Source: Atractiella rhizophila (lineage: Eukaryota). From it: a stretch of 20,000 nt of DNA. The notes beneath the pieces are model-generated. The model was not told where the DNA came from, did no database searches, and saw only the letters and a list, made by a program, of their open reading frames with translations. The DNA is taken from contig MU271191.1 in the NCBI GenBank assembly GCA_021432655.1, positions 173,561 through 193,560 of the forward strand, written 5' to 3'. The position numbers were made by a program, and so were the translations under genes. Positions 1-10,359 of the stretch are shown here, piece by piece (position 1 is the first letter of the stretch; each line of letters begins with the position of its first letter).

Positions 1-760
1 CGTACTTCCTAAGATAGGAGCTGCAAGAAGCTCTACACATTGGCAACCACTCCTTTCAACCCACTCAGTTCAGCGACCATCTTCTTTGCTGCTAGGAGGG
101 TATCCATTTCATGATTGTGTGGAGTCTAATTCTGATAGTGACCCTGATAGCTTGCTTCCTTGTCATTGTTTCGATGCCAGACTCGGAAGTCATCCAATTT
201 AAGCTGCTGTTTGTCGTCAAGCTCAGGAATATTGGCCTGATAAGTTGGAGGAAGAGCCAGAAGGTGATCAGAGCCATCATCGAAGAGTGGCATAAGGATA
301 TCGCAGGCCTCGCTGCAATCCAAGGTCCAAGGATTAGCACATTCTTTTTTACTTAGAATATTAGAATTTACGACAATGGCGTAGCATGTGTGAGCTCAGT
401 GGCTCCGGAAGGGCGAACGATGTTGTCAGGATTCGGATTGCCGAAACATTGTTCATTAAATTAGGTGTCAATGGTGTGAGTGAAATTAAATAGAGAGACA
501 AATTCGTGACCACAGAACTGATTGGGAAGATAGTATGGATCGGCCCAACATTCAATGTTGGTGTACGATCACATAGCATGAGTTCTTGAACACTTCTGGC
601 TTAAAGTTCCTCAACTTTCACACAGCCAGCGACCAGAATGTCACATCCCTCAATAAGCCCGATTTCTTCGCTGTCGACAACCGCAGAGTAGATAGCACGA
701 CCTGCTGTAGTAACTCTGTAGAAAGAAAGCTAGTAACTAAAGTGTGTACCTGCAGAAGTT
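1..760 (-). pseudogene. Decayed spliced gene relic of unknown family (runs off window start)
   Basis: Minus strand has an intron-like segment (GTAAAT...GCTAAT...TGCAG, ~372-313) joining protein-like frames (GATELTHATPLS|EACDILMPLFDDGSDHLL...). These frames are interrupted by several TAG/TAA stops. No recognisable domain; boundaries approximate. Confidence 0.3.
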
Positions 761-1234
761 GTCATCGGAGTAAGACGATCCACTCGACGACACGACGATA
801 GAGCTGAGCTAGAAGCGTCAGGACACCCTTAAACAGCTCGTTCACTATCTCAGAACATACATGAAAAGAGTGCCATTCTAATTTCCATCTTCAAAACCCC
901 GGCAAGGCTGCTTGGATGGAGCCCGAAATCTGTCATCTGCACCAACCTGATCGATTTCAAGACGAAGGTGACACATGACAATTCCTAACGTTTATCAAAG
1001 CCTTTTCTGCTTCCACTCCACCAGAACGAGGTAAGCAATTGTTTAATTTTACATCAGTAGCCGATATCCAAGATACCAGTCAATTCTTGGCAAAAGCTGA
1101 AATGGCGGGTTTCAACGATCCAACCAATAGCCACGAGCTCTGTTGGGAAATTGCAGTCACAATCTCGTCGATATCGGAGGATGAACCCGACGAATTGACG
1201 TCGACCTCTGACCCACACCCTGAACCGCCGACTC

Positions 1235-1762
1235 CATCTTGAAGAAAAAATCTGACTGGCCAGCGCCGATCAGGTCATCCTCTGCACCAGGCCGTAAGGG
1301 CTATGGTCAGTCCACATCAGTCATGGTATTATTATGATGGATGTAAGGACGGAAAATGATCAGAGCTTTGTCAGCGTTAAAGGGTCTTAGTATCAGAACC
1401 AAATCAGGAGATGATCAGACCACCAAATGCGCATCATCCGGCACTCATCAGACTTGCGCCAGATGCAAATCATGTTGGGATCACAACTCTGACATTAATC
1501 TGTCAGACACTGATCACCCAGCAGCTGGCTCCATCTGATTTCGATATTTTGTTTGTTTTCTTGTCCTTATTCCTGCGTGGTGCAATTAGCTACGTTACTA
1601 AAATCCTTATATTGCACGTCCTGCTACCGAAAGCCAATTTCATGGTGGTATTGATTACCGTTCCTCCCACTCCATTCTCAGAACTCCTCAGCTTGAAATT
1701 AAACCGATCATCTAATTCCAATCGATCACAGGAGCGGTCACATGGCTTAGTGGCGCGGAGGG
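1235..1762 (+). repeat. Orphan copy of the Plavaka element left end (528 bp direct repeat of 2862-3388)
   Basis: Manual alignment to 2862-3388 gives 24 substitutions plus 1 indel (~95% identity). Similarity begins exactly at CATCTTGAAGAAAAAATCTGACTGG in both copies and ends after TGGCGCGGAGGG. Confidence 0.92.
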
Positions 1763-2861
1763 AGGAGGCAATAAGCTGTCCGTTCGCTAAAATTTTAGGC
1801 TCCAGACGATCCATCCGCCGCTCCATGCCATCTTTTTTTCTTTTCAATGACGACAACCCCAACCTGAACAAGTGCTAGTTGCCAATGATAGAGACCACTG
1901 CTTTATGACTTGACATGTTGATTTTTCTACAAGACATCTGTCCTGCAAAAGAGCTGCCCTGTTCCCACCACGGTATGTCATGGCAAATTTTGGGAGTATT
2001 AGTAAATTTCACTTGTCTCTGGCTTGTACTTCAACGGGTAGAGAATTGTGTCCCCCTTCAATCGGCCGTGACTTGTTCCATTGATGCATTGTAAATAAGG
2101 TGAAAGCAAGAACCCGGCCGTAAACATGATTGTGTTGTGTCTCCTGTGTCAAGCTTTGAAGGAGAAAGGAGACAAGCAGATATTAAATCTAGATGTCTTG
2201 TTGCCTTACTGTCAGCCTGTCAGCAAAGTCTGAAGGTATAAGAATGTGCTATCTCCGTCATTGCCCTGAATGCATGGTAGAGCAATGTCGCAGAGCGAAG
2301 TTGGTCAATGTGCGCAAATCAGCGCACAGAACAGAAGTTTTTGTACTTGTTTGCGCTCGTTTGCGCCAAGCGGGAAAAATGCAAAGGGACATAGCCCATA
2401 CCTTTCTTCAATGTTATCTACGTCGTCTGAAATGGAAACGTACTCATGGGACTGTACTCAAAGAATAACGGAATGGCAACCAGTTTTTTACTGCTTCTCT
2501 TATGAAAGCTCCATCGTCACCATCCCCTGATTGATCCCAATGTGCATTGTGAGAGTTTCCCACTTCCAGCCCCCATCCTTTCTCCCCTTCCAATTCCACT
2601 GCCATAGCTAGACGGTAAATCCTATACCTCAATGTTGAAGCATGGGAAACCTACCAGGTAACAGCATGGGTATCAAACGTATGATCAGAACCCAGATGGA
2701 GTCAGTCTCAATGTGTTTTCTAGCCTGTACGCCTCATCTTGTCCACCAACATCATGAAAGACATATTGAATGTGCATCAAGCTAGGGTCATGTCCAACAT
2801 GAACAAAGAATTGTTCGATGTTTGCTCCACCAGAGATGTCGAATCCGGGTGCATTGAAGGA

Positions 2862-3170
2862 CATCTTGAAGAAAAAATCTGACTGGCCAGCGCCGATCAG
2901 GTCATCCTCTCCATCAGGCCGTAAGGCTATGGTCAGTCCGGATCAGTCATGGTATTATTATGATGGATGTAAGGGCGGAAAATGATCAGAGGTTTGTCAG
3001 CGTTAAAGGGTCTCAGTATCAGAACCGAATCAGGAGATGATCAGACCACCAAATGCGCATCATCTGGCACTCATCAGACTTGCTTCAGATGCAAATCACG
3101 TTGGGATCACAACTCTGACATTAATCTGTCAGACACTGATCATCCAGCAGCTGGCTCCATCTGATTTCGA
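2862..3170. repeat. Left terminal inverted repeat plus subterminal ATCAG/CTGAT repeat array
   Basis: Dense ATCAG/GTCAG/CTGAT cores in both orientations. Contains CCGATCAGGTCA (2893-2904), GATCAGTCA (2941-2949) and CCATCTGAT (3157-3165), all of which recur at the right end. Confidence 0.75.
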
Positions 3171-4364
3171 TATTTTGTTTGTTTTCTTGTCCTTATTCCT
3201 GCCTGGTGCAATTAACTACGTTACTAAAATCCTTACATTGCATGTCCTGCTACCGAAACCCAATTTTATGGTCGTATTGATTACCATTCCTCCCACTCCA
3301 TTCTCAGAACTCCTCAGCTTGAAATTAAACCGATCATCTAATTCCAATCGATCACAGGAGCGGTCGCACAGCTTAGTGGCGCGGAGGGGAACGTGATAGG
3401 GTTAACCGCTGTATATTGCTGGATGGGATGGATAGCTGGACTGCAAAGGAGCATTCCACCAGAGGTATCGGTCCAAGAGGTGCTAAAAGCTAGATAATCA
3501 GCATTTGGAGTGGAAGGGTTAGTAGATGAAATACATAAGACCTAATATGGTGAGAGGTTCAAAGGCGGATCTGTTGATATATCCTGCCAACTGCAAAAGG
3601 CTAGCCACAAGGCAATCTGTCTATTGAGCGGAAGAGGAAAATAGAGCAAAAAGGGACAAGTTATTTGATCAGAGCTAGATGCAATACACGAACATGTATT
3701 CATCAGCCACAATGCTGATCTGCTGAAAAGTGAAAGGCGGCTGACACCGACTGAGATACAGCCAAAGTTACCCAGTTCTACGAAAAAAAGCATGCTCATT
3801 TATATCACAAGTCATCATAAGCTCAAACGTAAGGGTATGAGATCAGCCACAGCAACTACCCCGCCACTTGGAGGTAAAACCACATACTTCATGTCAATAG
3901 GTTCGTCGACCTACCCCTTCCACCTACACCACCTTTCTTTGCCACCGAAGTATTTGACTGCTGATTATTCAAGCATGATAACCAAGAATAGTCATCTTGA
4001 GTTCAAATCAAAAGATCCGGTGTAATGGGGAGAGTTGGCGGAAAGCGCTAGGACGTTATACGAGTTATGGTCGAATTTTGGACAGCAAGAACCTTAGGGG
4101 TTAACTGCTCACCAGAGGGCCCCAGCGGTAAGCGTGAGGGACTTGCTTGTTTTACTAAAATAACGTGTCCATCTCCATCACAGCTCCCCTGCATTACAGT
4201 AACTCAAATTAGAAATGGAAGTTCGATAAAATGGGAGATATTGGACGGAGTGCTGAGCATGCATAGATGTTTGTGGGTTTAGTTCCTTGTCATGACTTAA
4301 ATTAAGACACTTGCAATTCATGGTCTATGCACAAGAATGTTCGTTGTATGTTAGAAGTGATCTA

Positions 4365-5850
4365 TTACTCTACATTCTCCCCACCTTGCTCCTCCATGAA
4401 ATCCATACCAAATCCATCCAAAATATCTTTATCGTCAGCAGTTTCGTCGCGTAAGGTAGTACCGTTGTCTCTTGCATCATCACGAGGGAATACTTCCCTG
4501 TTCCAGAGTTGTATGAGATGATGGAACTTGTCGGCATGTTGTCTCTGAAGGCTGTCGAGTAGTGTGACGGTGCGTTGAAAATGGTCCCGATAATTGTTCA
4601 CCTGTTGTGCATTTGGAAGGATTGGCACTCTTCCTTCGGCCGCAAAGATGGGGTCAGCGCTTAAGGCATAACGTGCCTACTTATCCTTGAGAATTGGTGT
4701 GAAGGGATAAATAAAGGAACGAACCAGAGTTGAGCAGTATGCCATCAGTGGAATTGTGATTTGGAAGATGGAAAGCTCTTTGCCGATTGTCGAAGCTCGA
4801 GCTTTCTCAGTTGTGCTATTGATGGCGGCCGGTCCATGAATGATGATGCGCGCCACCTAGTAACCTCAACAATAAACAATAAATCTCAGGTAATAATGAA
4901 GAGGCACCTTGAATAAAGCTGTAGATCGGAGATAGGCACCTGCTTTAACCGCCTTCTTATGTGCTTCACTGCAATGAGCAGGCAAATTGTACGGCGCGTA
5001 AAGATAGGTTTGCTCCTCTATGTGTTTATGAACTTCTTCATCTTCTTGGCGCTTTTTTGGGATCCTGAGTTCTACAGAGGAGGCAGTCTTGATGTCAAAA
5101 AAATCGTCAAAAGATCACGCATCCTCTTTGCATTGTCGCTTTTCTGTTCAGATATCCCTCGACAGACCTGCCACTGATTGTTAGAAGGATAAAGAGGTTT
5201 ATGAACGTGCCGACCTCTTTCTGAAACCACTCGCTATTATGCCATTCCAAAGCTTCTGGTGGGAGGCGGCCAAGGATGAACTTGACAAAGTTGGATTTGT
5301 AATATTGACCACAAACCTCCCACATCTGATTTCTTCTCTTCTTCTCCCTGATCTCATCCTCATCCTCATCCTCGCCCCATTCCTCATCATCTGAAACACC
5401 ATCAATCTCTCTGTCATCCTCGCACTCTGTAACCTCTGATCGTTGCAGGAAAATGTTTTCGAACCTCATCGCCCAAGGATGATACAAAAGGACAGATGCT
5501 TTTCCAGCGTGATATGCTTGGATCTTTGCTAGCCTAGTGGGTGCGGCAGGCATAACACGAGTAGAACGACGCCGTTTTGAGGGAGGTTCATTGCTGGCAA
5601 AGTGCACAGCTTCTTGCAGAGCAGCCAGTTGCTCTTGCAGTTGAGCACGCTCTTCTTCCCACTGCTGTCGTTCATCATCCCCCCTTGCTACAATGTTCTG
5701 AAGCAGACTGAGCTCTTTTCTTTCCTCGGCCAGCTATGCCTTGCCCTATAACCTTTCCTTTCATAATAAGAGAAGACGACGCACCTGAGCTTTTAACATA
5801 CTATACTTCCTCTTATAAGCTGTTCTTGTATTATTTTCTTGGTCTGACAT
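4365..5850 (-). CDS. DUF6698-like transposon-associated protein (~430 aa, 5 exons, one apparent frameshift)
   Basis: Exons 5850-5785, 5733-5215, 5167(or 5173)-4908, 4856-4725 and 4676-4365, all with GT-AG introns. N-terminus looks coiled-coil, followed by basic PPSKRRRS and an acidic tract. The C-terminal pattern YLRSTALFKVARIIIHGPAA...ITIPLMAYCSTLARYALSAD...NYRDHF...LIQLWNREVF resembles fungal DUF6698 as I recall it. Exon 3 needs one extra base, most simply in the A7 run at 5097-5103. Confidence 0.72.
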
Positions 5851-6057
5851 GATTCCGTCAGGCTTTCGGAAATATTGAGAAGGACCAGTAGTCACGTTGT
5901 TCAAGTGCAAGGAAAGCAGAAGGCATCAGCCTTTTCAAGCCCGCTGTGCCAAAGTAAACATTGTGACGTCATGCAACACGTCACGCGTCCATCAAAACAA
6001 CAACTTCCTCATTGTCTTTTCAGCTCTTTCTACATTTTCAGTGCTAGTTCGATTCAA
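5851..6057. promoter_or_regulatory. Putative bidirectional promoter of the two transposon genes
   Basis: 207 bp between divergent ATGs (5850 on -, 6058 on +). Contains GTAAACA (5954-5960), TGACGTCA (5964-5971) and ACGCGT (5983-5988). Confidence 0.5.
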
Positions 6058-9000
6058 ATGGCTCCTCGCTACACCAGAATCAATGCGATCAAGAAACTAC
6101 CAAGCAATCAAGTGGAATGCCCTGATTGCCATCAAGTCTTCTTGCATGCCAAAGGCGGGCTCAAGAAACATTGTGCGAGGCCAACATCCAATTGTTCCAC
6201 ATGCAGCAGGTTGGAAGGCGGTAAAAGTAGACGGAAGAATGGCAGGAAGGAATGAAGATGTGAGCATAATGCTGATTAAGCTAGGACGAGATGCTGAAGA
6301 GTTTTCAAGATAGAGCATATGAGCTCAGAATCAGACTTCTCAGAAGAACGAGAACATGGCATTGACACATCCCCATTCGCTGCCATGCAAGATAATCAAG
6401 GTCTGTCTGTGTTCTGATATTAAACCATTCGAAATCCAAAACAAGGTGATCTAATCGCTGAATCAAGGGCCAGATTTCGGCACCATCGTCAACCCTTGGC
6501 CTCTATGGAATTCTTCTCCCCATCTATCTACCTTAGGCAACAACTTATCATCCCTATCTCCGTCCAGCTTCAGTTCCAATGAGGATGAAGATGGAGATCT
6601 GAAAGAACATCTCGGCGGCCCATACTTCCAGTACCACCATCCAGATTCACATCATGACCGTCCATCTATCATACCCTTTGCTAGTGAAGTTCCAACTCTT
6701 CCTCCCTATCATCCATTCAAAAGCGAGATCGACTATGAAATGGCTGCCCATGCCTTTTTTCAAGGAATGACACAATCGGATACCACAGCATTTTTTCGGA
6801 ACCTCAAGAAACGTAGGCTCCCTGAATTCAGTTTAGATTCATTTAAGGATATGAGGGAGACATTAAGGAGGGACAAACGAAGTGTAACGGCCGGGGTGAG
6901 CTCATTTTAAAGCTATTTATGAGCTCTTACTAACGCAATCAACAGTTCCAACACCATATAGTTTCAGCGGAGTTAGAGAGCAAGACTATCAAGCATCATG
7001 TCTATATACGGGATCCTATCGAGATCATGAAAGAGGTGATCCACGACGATACTGTACGAGAGTCAATGCAGTTCTACCCAGTCAAGAAGTTCAAACAGAC
7101 TGAGGACGTTCCATGTCGCAATGTGAGAACTTATGATGAGCTGTGGACTACTAGGCGCTGCTGGAGATATCAGGTTCACATATTCTCTCGCATTCACATC
7201 AATTATATACTTACTAGTACTCCAGGATTCTCTTCCCAATCCAAATGGGTGTATCGGTGCAATCATCTTTTATACAGATGGAACAAGTGCCGTCAAGTTT
7301 GGACAGAAAACTGTGCATCCCATGTATATGTGGCTTGCAAATGTTCCACTTCGAGAGAGGAGTAGTGACAGTAAAGGAGGGTGCCAACTCATTGGATTTC
7401 AACCCGAAGTAAGCAAGCTTCAAGTTATCCTTGCTCCTCTGAGGTACTGACCACGAAATATTTAGATTGTTGGCACGGATAAGCAAAAGAAGGACAAAAA
7501 ATTCCGGCTGTACAAGCGTTCGGTATACCACAAAGTCATTGGTATTGTCTTGAAGGGCATTCATCGATATGAACATGTAGGGTTCAAGGTGCAAGTCGGC
7601 CACTCCTTCAACAAGTTGATATTCCCGCGTATTTTCATGCTGCAGGCTGATATGGCTGAGTTGTGAGAACTGCTTTACTTTGATAAAACATCTACTTACC
7701 GGTTTCCAGATACACCCTCCTATTGCTACTCGGCATTGGGTCTGAATTTCGCTGTCCAATCTGCCTTGCTCCCAAAGGAGAGCTTCACAACCTCTCACGC
7801 CAGTTTTTTAAACGCAGTCAGAAACAGGTTCGACGTGACCTTTTTCGATATGAAGAGACACAAGCCGAAAGCGGGACAGTTGCAGCGGCAAAGGAACTAA
7901 CGAGCCGGTCTTCCCTTCGGCCTGAGAAGGTATGTGGTTGCCTGCTTGAGCCTTTGTCATAACTTGAAAGCTGAAATGCTTGGCCAGTCCGCTTTCAGCA
8001 GACTGGAATGTACCGATATCTACAATTGCATTGCTGCTGATCCATTGCACGTTTTTGGTGGTTTGTACAAAGATCACGTCATGTGTAAGCTCTTTGAGAA
8101 ACTTTTAAACTCGCAGAAGGAGAAAATTGACTCGGAGTAAGTTACTTTCGACCTTTCACATTTACTGAGAGCTTGTTTCGACAGCCTCAGTTCACTACCA
8201 ACATTTGGTTCACTGCGCCACGTTTCAAAACGTGGCCTAACAAACTTAGAGAGTTTTACCTGCATGGAGATTCAAGATGCAATGAAGGCACGTAATCTCT
8301 CTACTGTGCTGGTATGGATATCAAGTTTTACCACAGTCTTTAATCGTTGGCATGATTGGGATTCTTCCGGCTGAGCTTGAGCAAGAAGCTGTTCCAGCCC
8401 TACGAGACCTGGTAGCTTTCGAGGTGATCGTAAAGATGCACGTTCAAGACGAAGACAGAATCCTTGTGCTTCGACAGGAGAAGCTCGTAGCTGTTGAAAG
8501 GGCTTTGAAGGTTTGTCTTGTCCTTCTTCTCACACCATACTTTTTGTTTAGTTGACATGACAGACTCTGAGCGAACATTTCGGAATGTCTACAACGTTCC
8601 CAAAAGGACATCTACCCCCACACTTTGTTGACCTCATCGCTGAGGGTGGAACCTTGGACCATCAAACGACAGCCCATGGTGAACGATCCCACCGTCCACT
8701 GAAAGAGCACATCATTGCTCGAGTGCTTCATAGCAACATAGCGGGGAGACGGAGCTATCAGTAAGCAGCCATTCAAACATTCATGTTTCGCACTTTGCAG
8801 AATGCTGACCTGTGACACGATACTGTGTTAGATGGCTCAACGTGCGTTCGAAATGATGCAACTTCAAGCCATTGGCCGCCGCATCGAAGCAGCAAAACTT
8901 GCTCAAGGGAGTAGTTGCGAGAACGAGCGAGCAATTCCACACAAAAGGCAAGGCTCCATTGAACGCTCCGGTTTGTGCGGCGAGTCGAGGACCTTTCATG

Positions 9001-9617
9001 TTCAGACTTACTTTGACAAGTTATCCACTGAATTCGAAACACATCAGGACCTTGCAACGGACCTCCGTCTTTTCCTGCTCCAACTTCTAGATCCTTCAGC
9101 TCCGGCACGGGTGCGCCAGGAGCGATTGCCTCAGATTGACAATTCTACGGTTTTCTTCCTTACATCATCCTCACGCTTTTGCTGGCTAACTTCGGGTATT
9201 CAGGTTCAAGACTTCACCCTCTTCCGCTGTCCATTCACTTCGTTTGTCGATCAAAGGATATACGAAGATTACCTTCGATGTCACCCCAATTGGCAGAAGA
9301 AAGCGCCGCGATACGACGACGCTATTCTGCAAAATAAGGATGGCACAATTTCATTTGCGCGGCTTGTTCGATTACTTTCTTGTTGCGTTGAAGGGAATGA
9401 GTTTCATATCATTGTCTTCCGCGAGTACACTTGGATTGGTAGGCACCAGGTTTCTGGTATGCCCTTTGTGCATGGTGGAGATCGGTTTAGCTTTGGTATC
9501 ACGGACAACATTGTGCGAGGCTGCTACGTTCAGCCAGACCCTGTTGAACATACATTTTATCACATCAATGATCTTGCTGAGGCGGATTTATTTTTAGGCT
9601 TAGAACGCCTCTTGTGA
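6058..9617 (+). CDS. Plavaka transposase (~970 aa, ~13 exons; one clear and one probable frame disruption)
   Basis: Introns at 6260-6309, 6401-6467, 6896-6945, 7174-7225, 7409-7465, 7663-7709, 7930-7987, 8137-8184, 8288-8336 (GC-AG), 8511-8563, 8761-8831 and 9150-9203. Motifs: N-terminal Zn finger CPDC...GLKKH...C; PYHPFKSEIDYEMA; YIRDP; YDELWT; IIFYTDGT...FGQKTVHPMYMWLANVP..ER....GGCQLIGFQP; QADMAE; CPIC; DPLH; FPKGH...H...GERSH; DYLRCHPNW...RYD. Exon 8564-8760 is one base short of phase. The 6173-6259 junction is unresolved. Confidence 0.9.
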
Positions 9618-9619
9618 AG

Positions 9620-9847
9620 TTAGTTATCATCTCACATTACTGATGTTGACCGCTATGGATAGTATTCCACATTTAGTAGATGAACTTTTACATATGTAGT
9701 GATCACCATCTGATCAATGCCCATCTGATGAAACCAGCTTATCAGTCGCGTATCACCTCCATTTGAGCTCCGATCAGGTCAAGTTCAACCCGTGCCAGCC
9801 ACCAGCATCCGTCAGGCGGTGATCAGTCAACAAAGATTTTCGTGATG
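9620..9847. repeat. Right subterminal repeat array plus terminal inverted repeat
   Basis: CCATCTGAT at 9706-9714 and 9721-9729, CCGATCAGGTCA at 9770-9781, GATCAGTCA at 9821-9829; ends TTTTCGTGATG at 9847. Confidence 0.72.
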
Positions 9848-10359
9848 GAGGAACTGCTCGAAATGCATATACACGTTGGTTCTGTCGCAAAGTCCAATGA
9901 GCTTCTAATACCTGAGCCGACTCCCACTGCACACTCTCTATCCTCCTCCTAGTGGTCGAGAGACACATGATTCCCTTCAAATCATCTCTTGGATCCTCAA
10001 AGTCCAACACAAGGCTCTTTCCGTGGCGGGAACAGGAGATAAGCGTGGTGCGACCTTTCAACGAGTTTGCATTGATGTCAACGGCGCTAGGTGGTCTGGC
10101 GTTTGCATGGTGCTTATCCGCCCTCCTCACGCCTTTGTCAAGGAATAATCCTCAGCTCAGTTTCAACACCTTCTCCTATGCAGTCTCGCTAGTGTTACTT
10201 TCCTCTGATGAGGAATAACTAACGGATAAACTCTGGGAACCGAACCGCCTCAGGCAGTAGGACGTAGGTACGATTATGATCATTGTATTCTAACTGTGCA
10301 TGCCGCAAGAGTGCAGATGAATTCGAAGATTCCTCGGAAGGGGAGGCGAGCTTTGTGAG

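Larger units (their letters stand above)
2862..9847 (+). mobile_element. Plavaka-family (CMC/EnSpm-like) DNA transposon, apparently full length, 6,986 bp
   Basis: Encodes a Plavaka transposase. Left end CATCTTGAAGAAAAAATCTGACTGGCCAGCGCC and reverse-complemented right end CATCACGAAAATCTTTGTTGACTGATCACCGCC match at 20/33 positions without gaps. GA flanks both sides (2860-2861, 9848-9849). Both ends share subterminal motifs. The left boundary is independently defined by the second copy at 1235. Confidence 0.8.

Noticed and set aside
1411..1878. 155-aa ORF and its 119-aa twin at 3037-3396
   Set aside because: They overlap subterminal repeats, have no recognisable motifs, and many differences between the copies change amino acids.
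1235..2195. Short non-autonomous element ending at GATG (2192-2195) with a TC duplication
   Set aside because: Weak gapped similarity to the left end and no subterminal repeats. GATGTC also occurs at 2835, 5091, 9278 and 10074, so chance is likely.
1235..3388. LTR retrotransposon or TRIM suggested by the two 528-bp direct repeats
   Set aside because: No TG...CA ends, no 4-6 bp target duplication and no gag/pol between them. The repeat matches the inverted end at 9847 of a DNA transposon.
7214..7798. 194-aa minus-strand ORF and similar antisense ORFs over the USP, DUG3-like and MFS genes
   Set aside because: Shadow frames opposite well-supported spliced genes.
9774..10130. Fpg/Nei glycosylase-like N-terminal motif (LKGRTTLISCSRHGKSLVLDF)
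   Set aside because: No N-terminal PE, HLGM or H2TH motif, and the ORF's tail is just the transposon end read in antisense.
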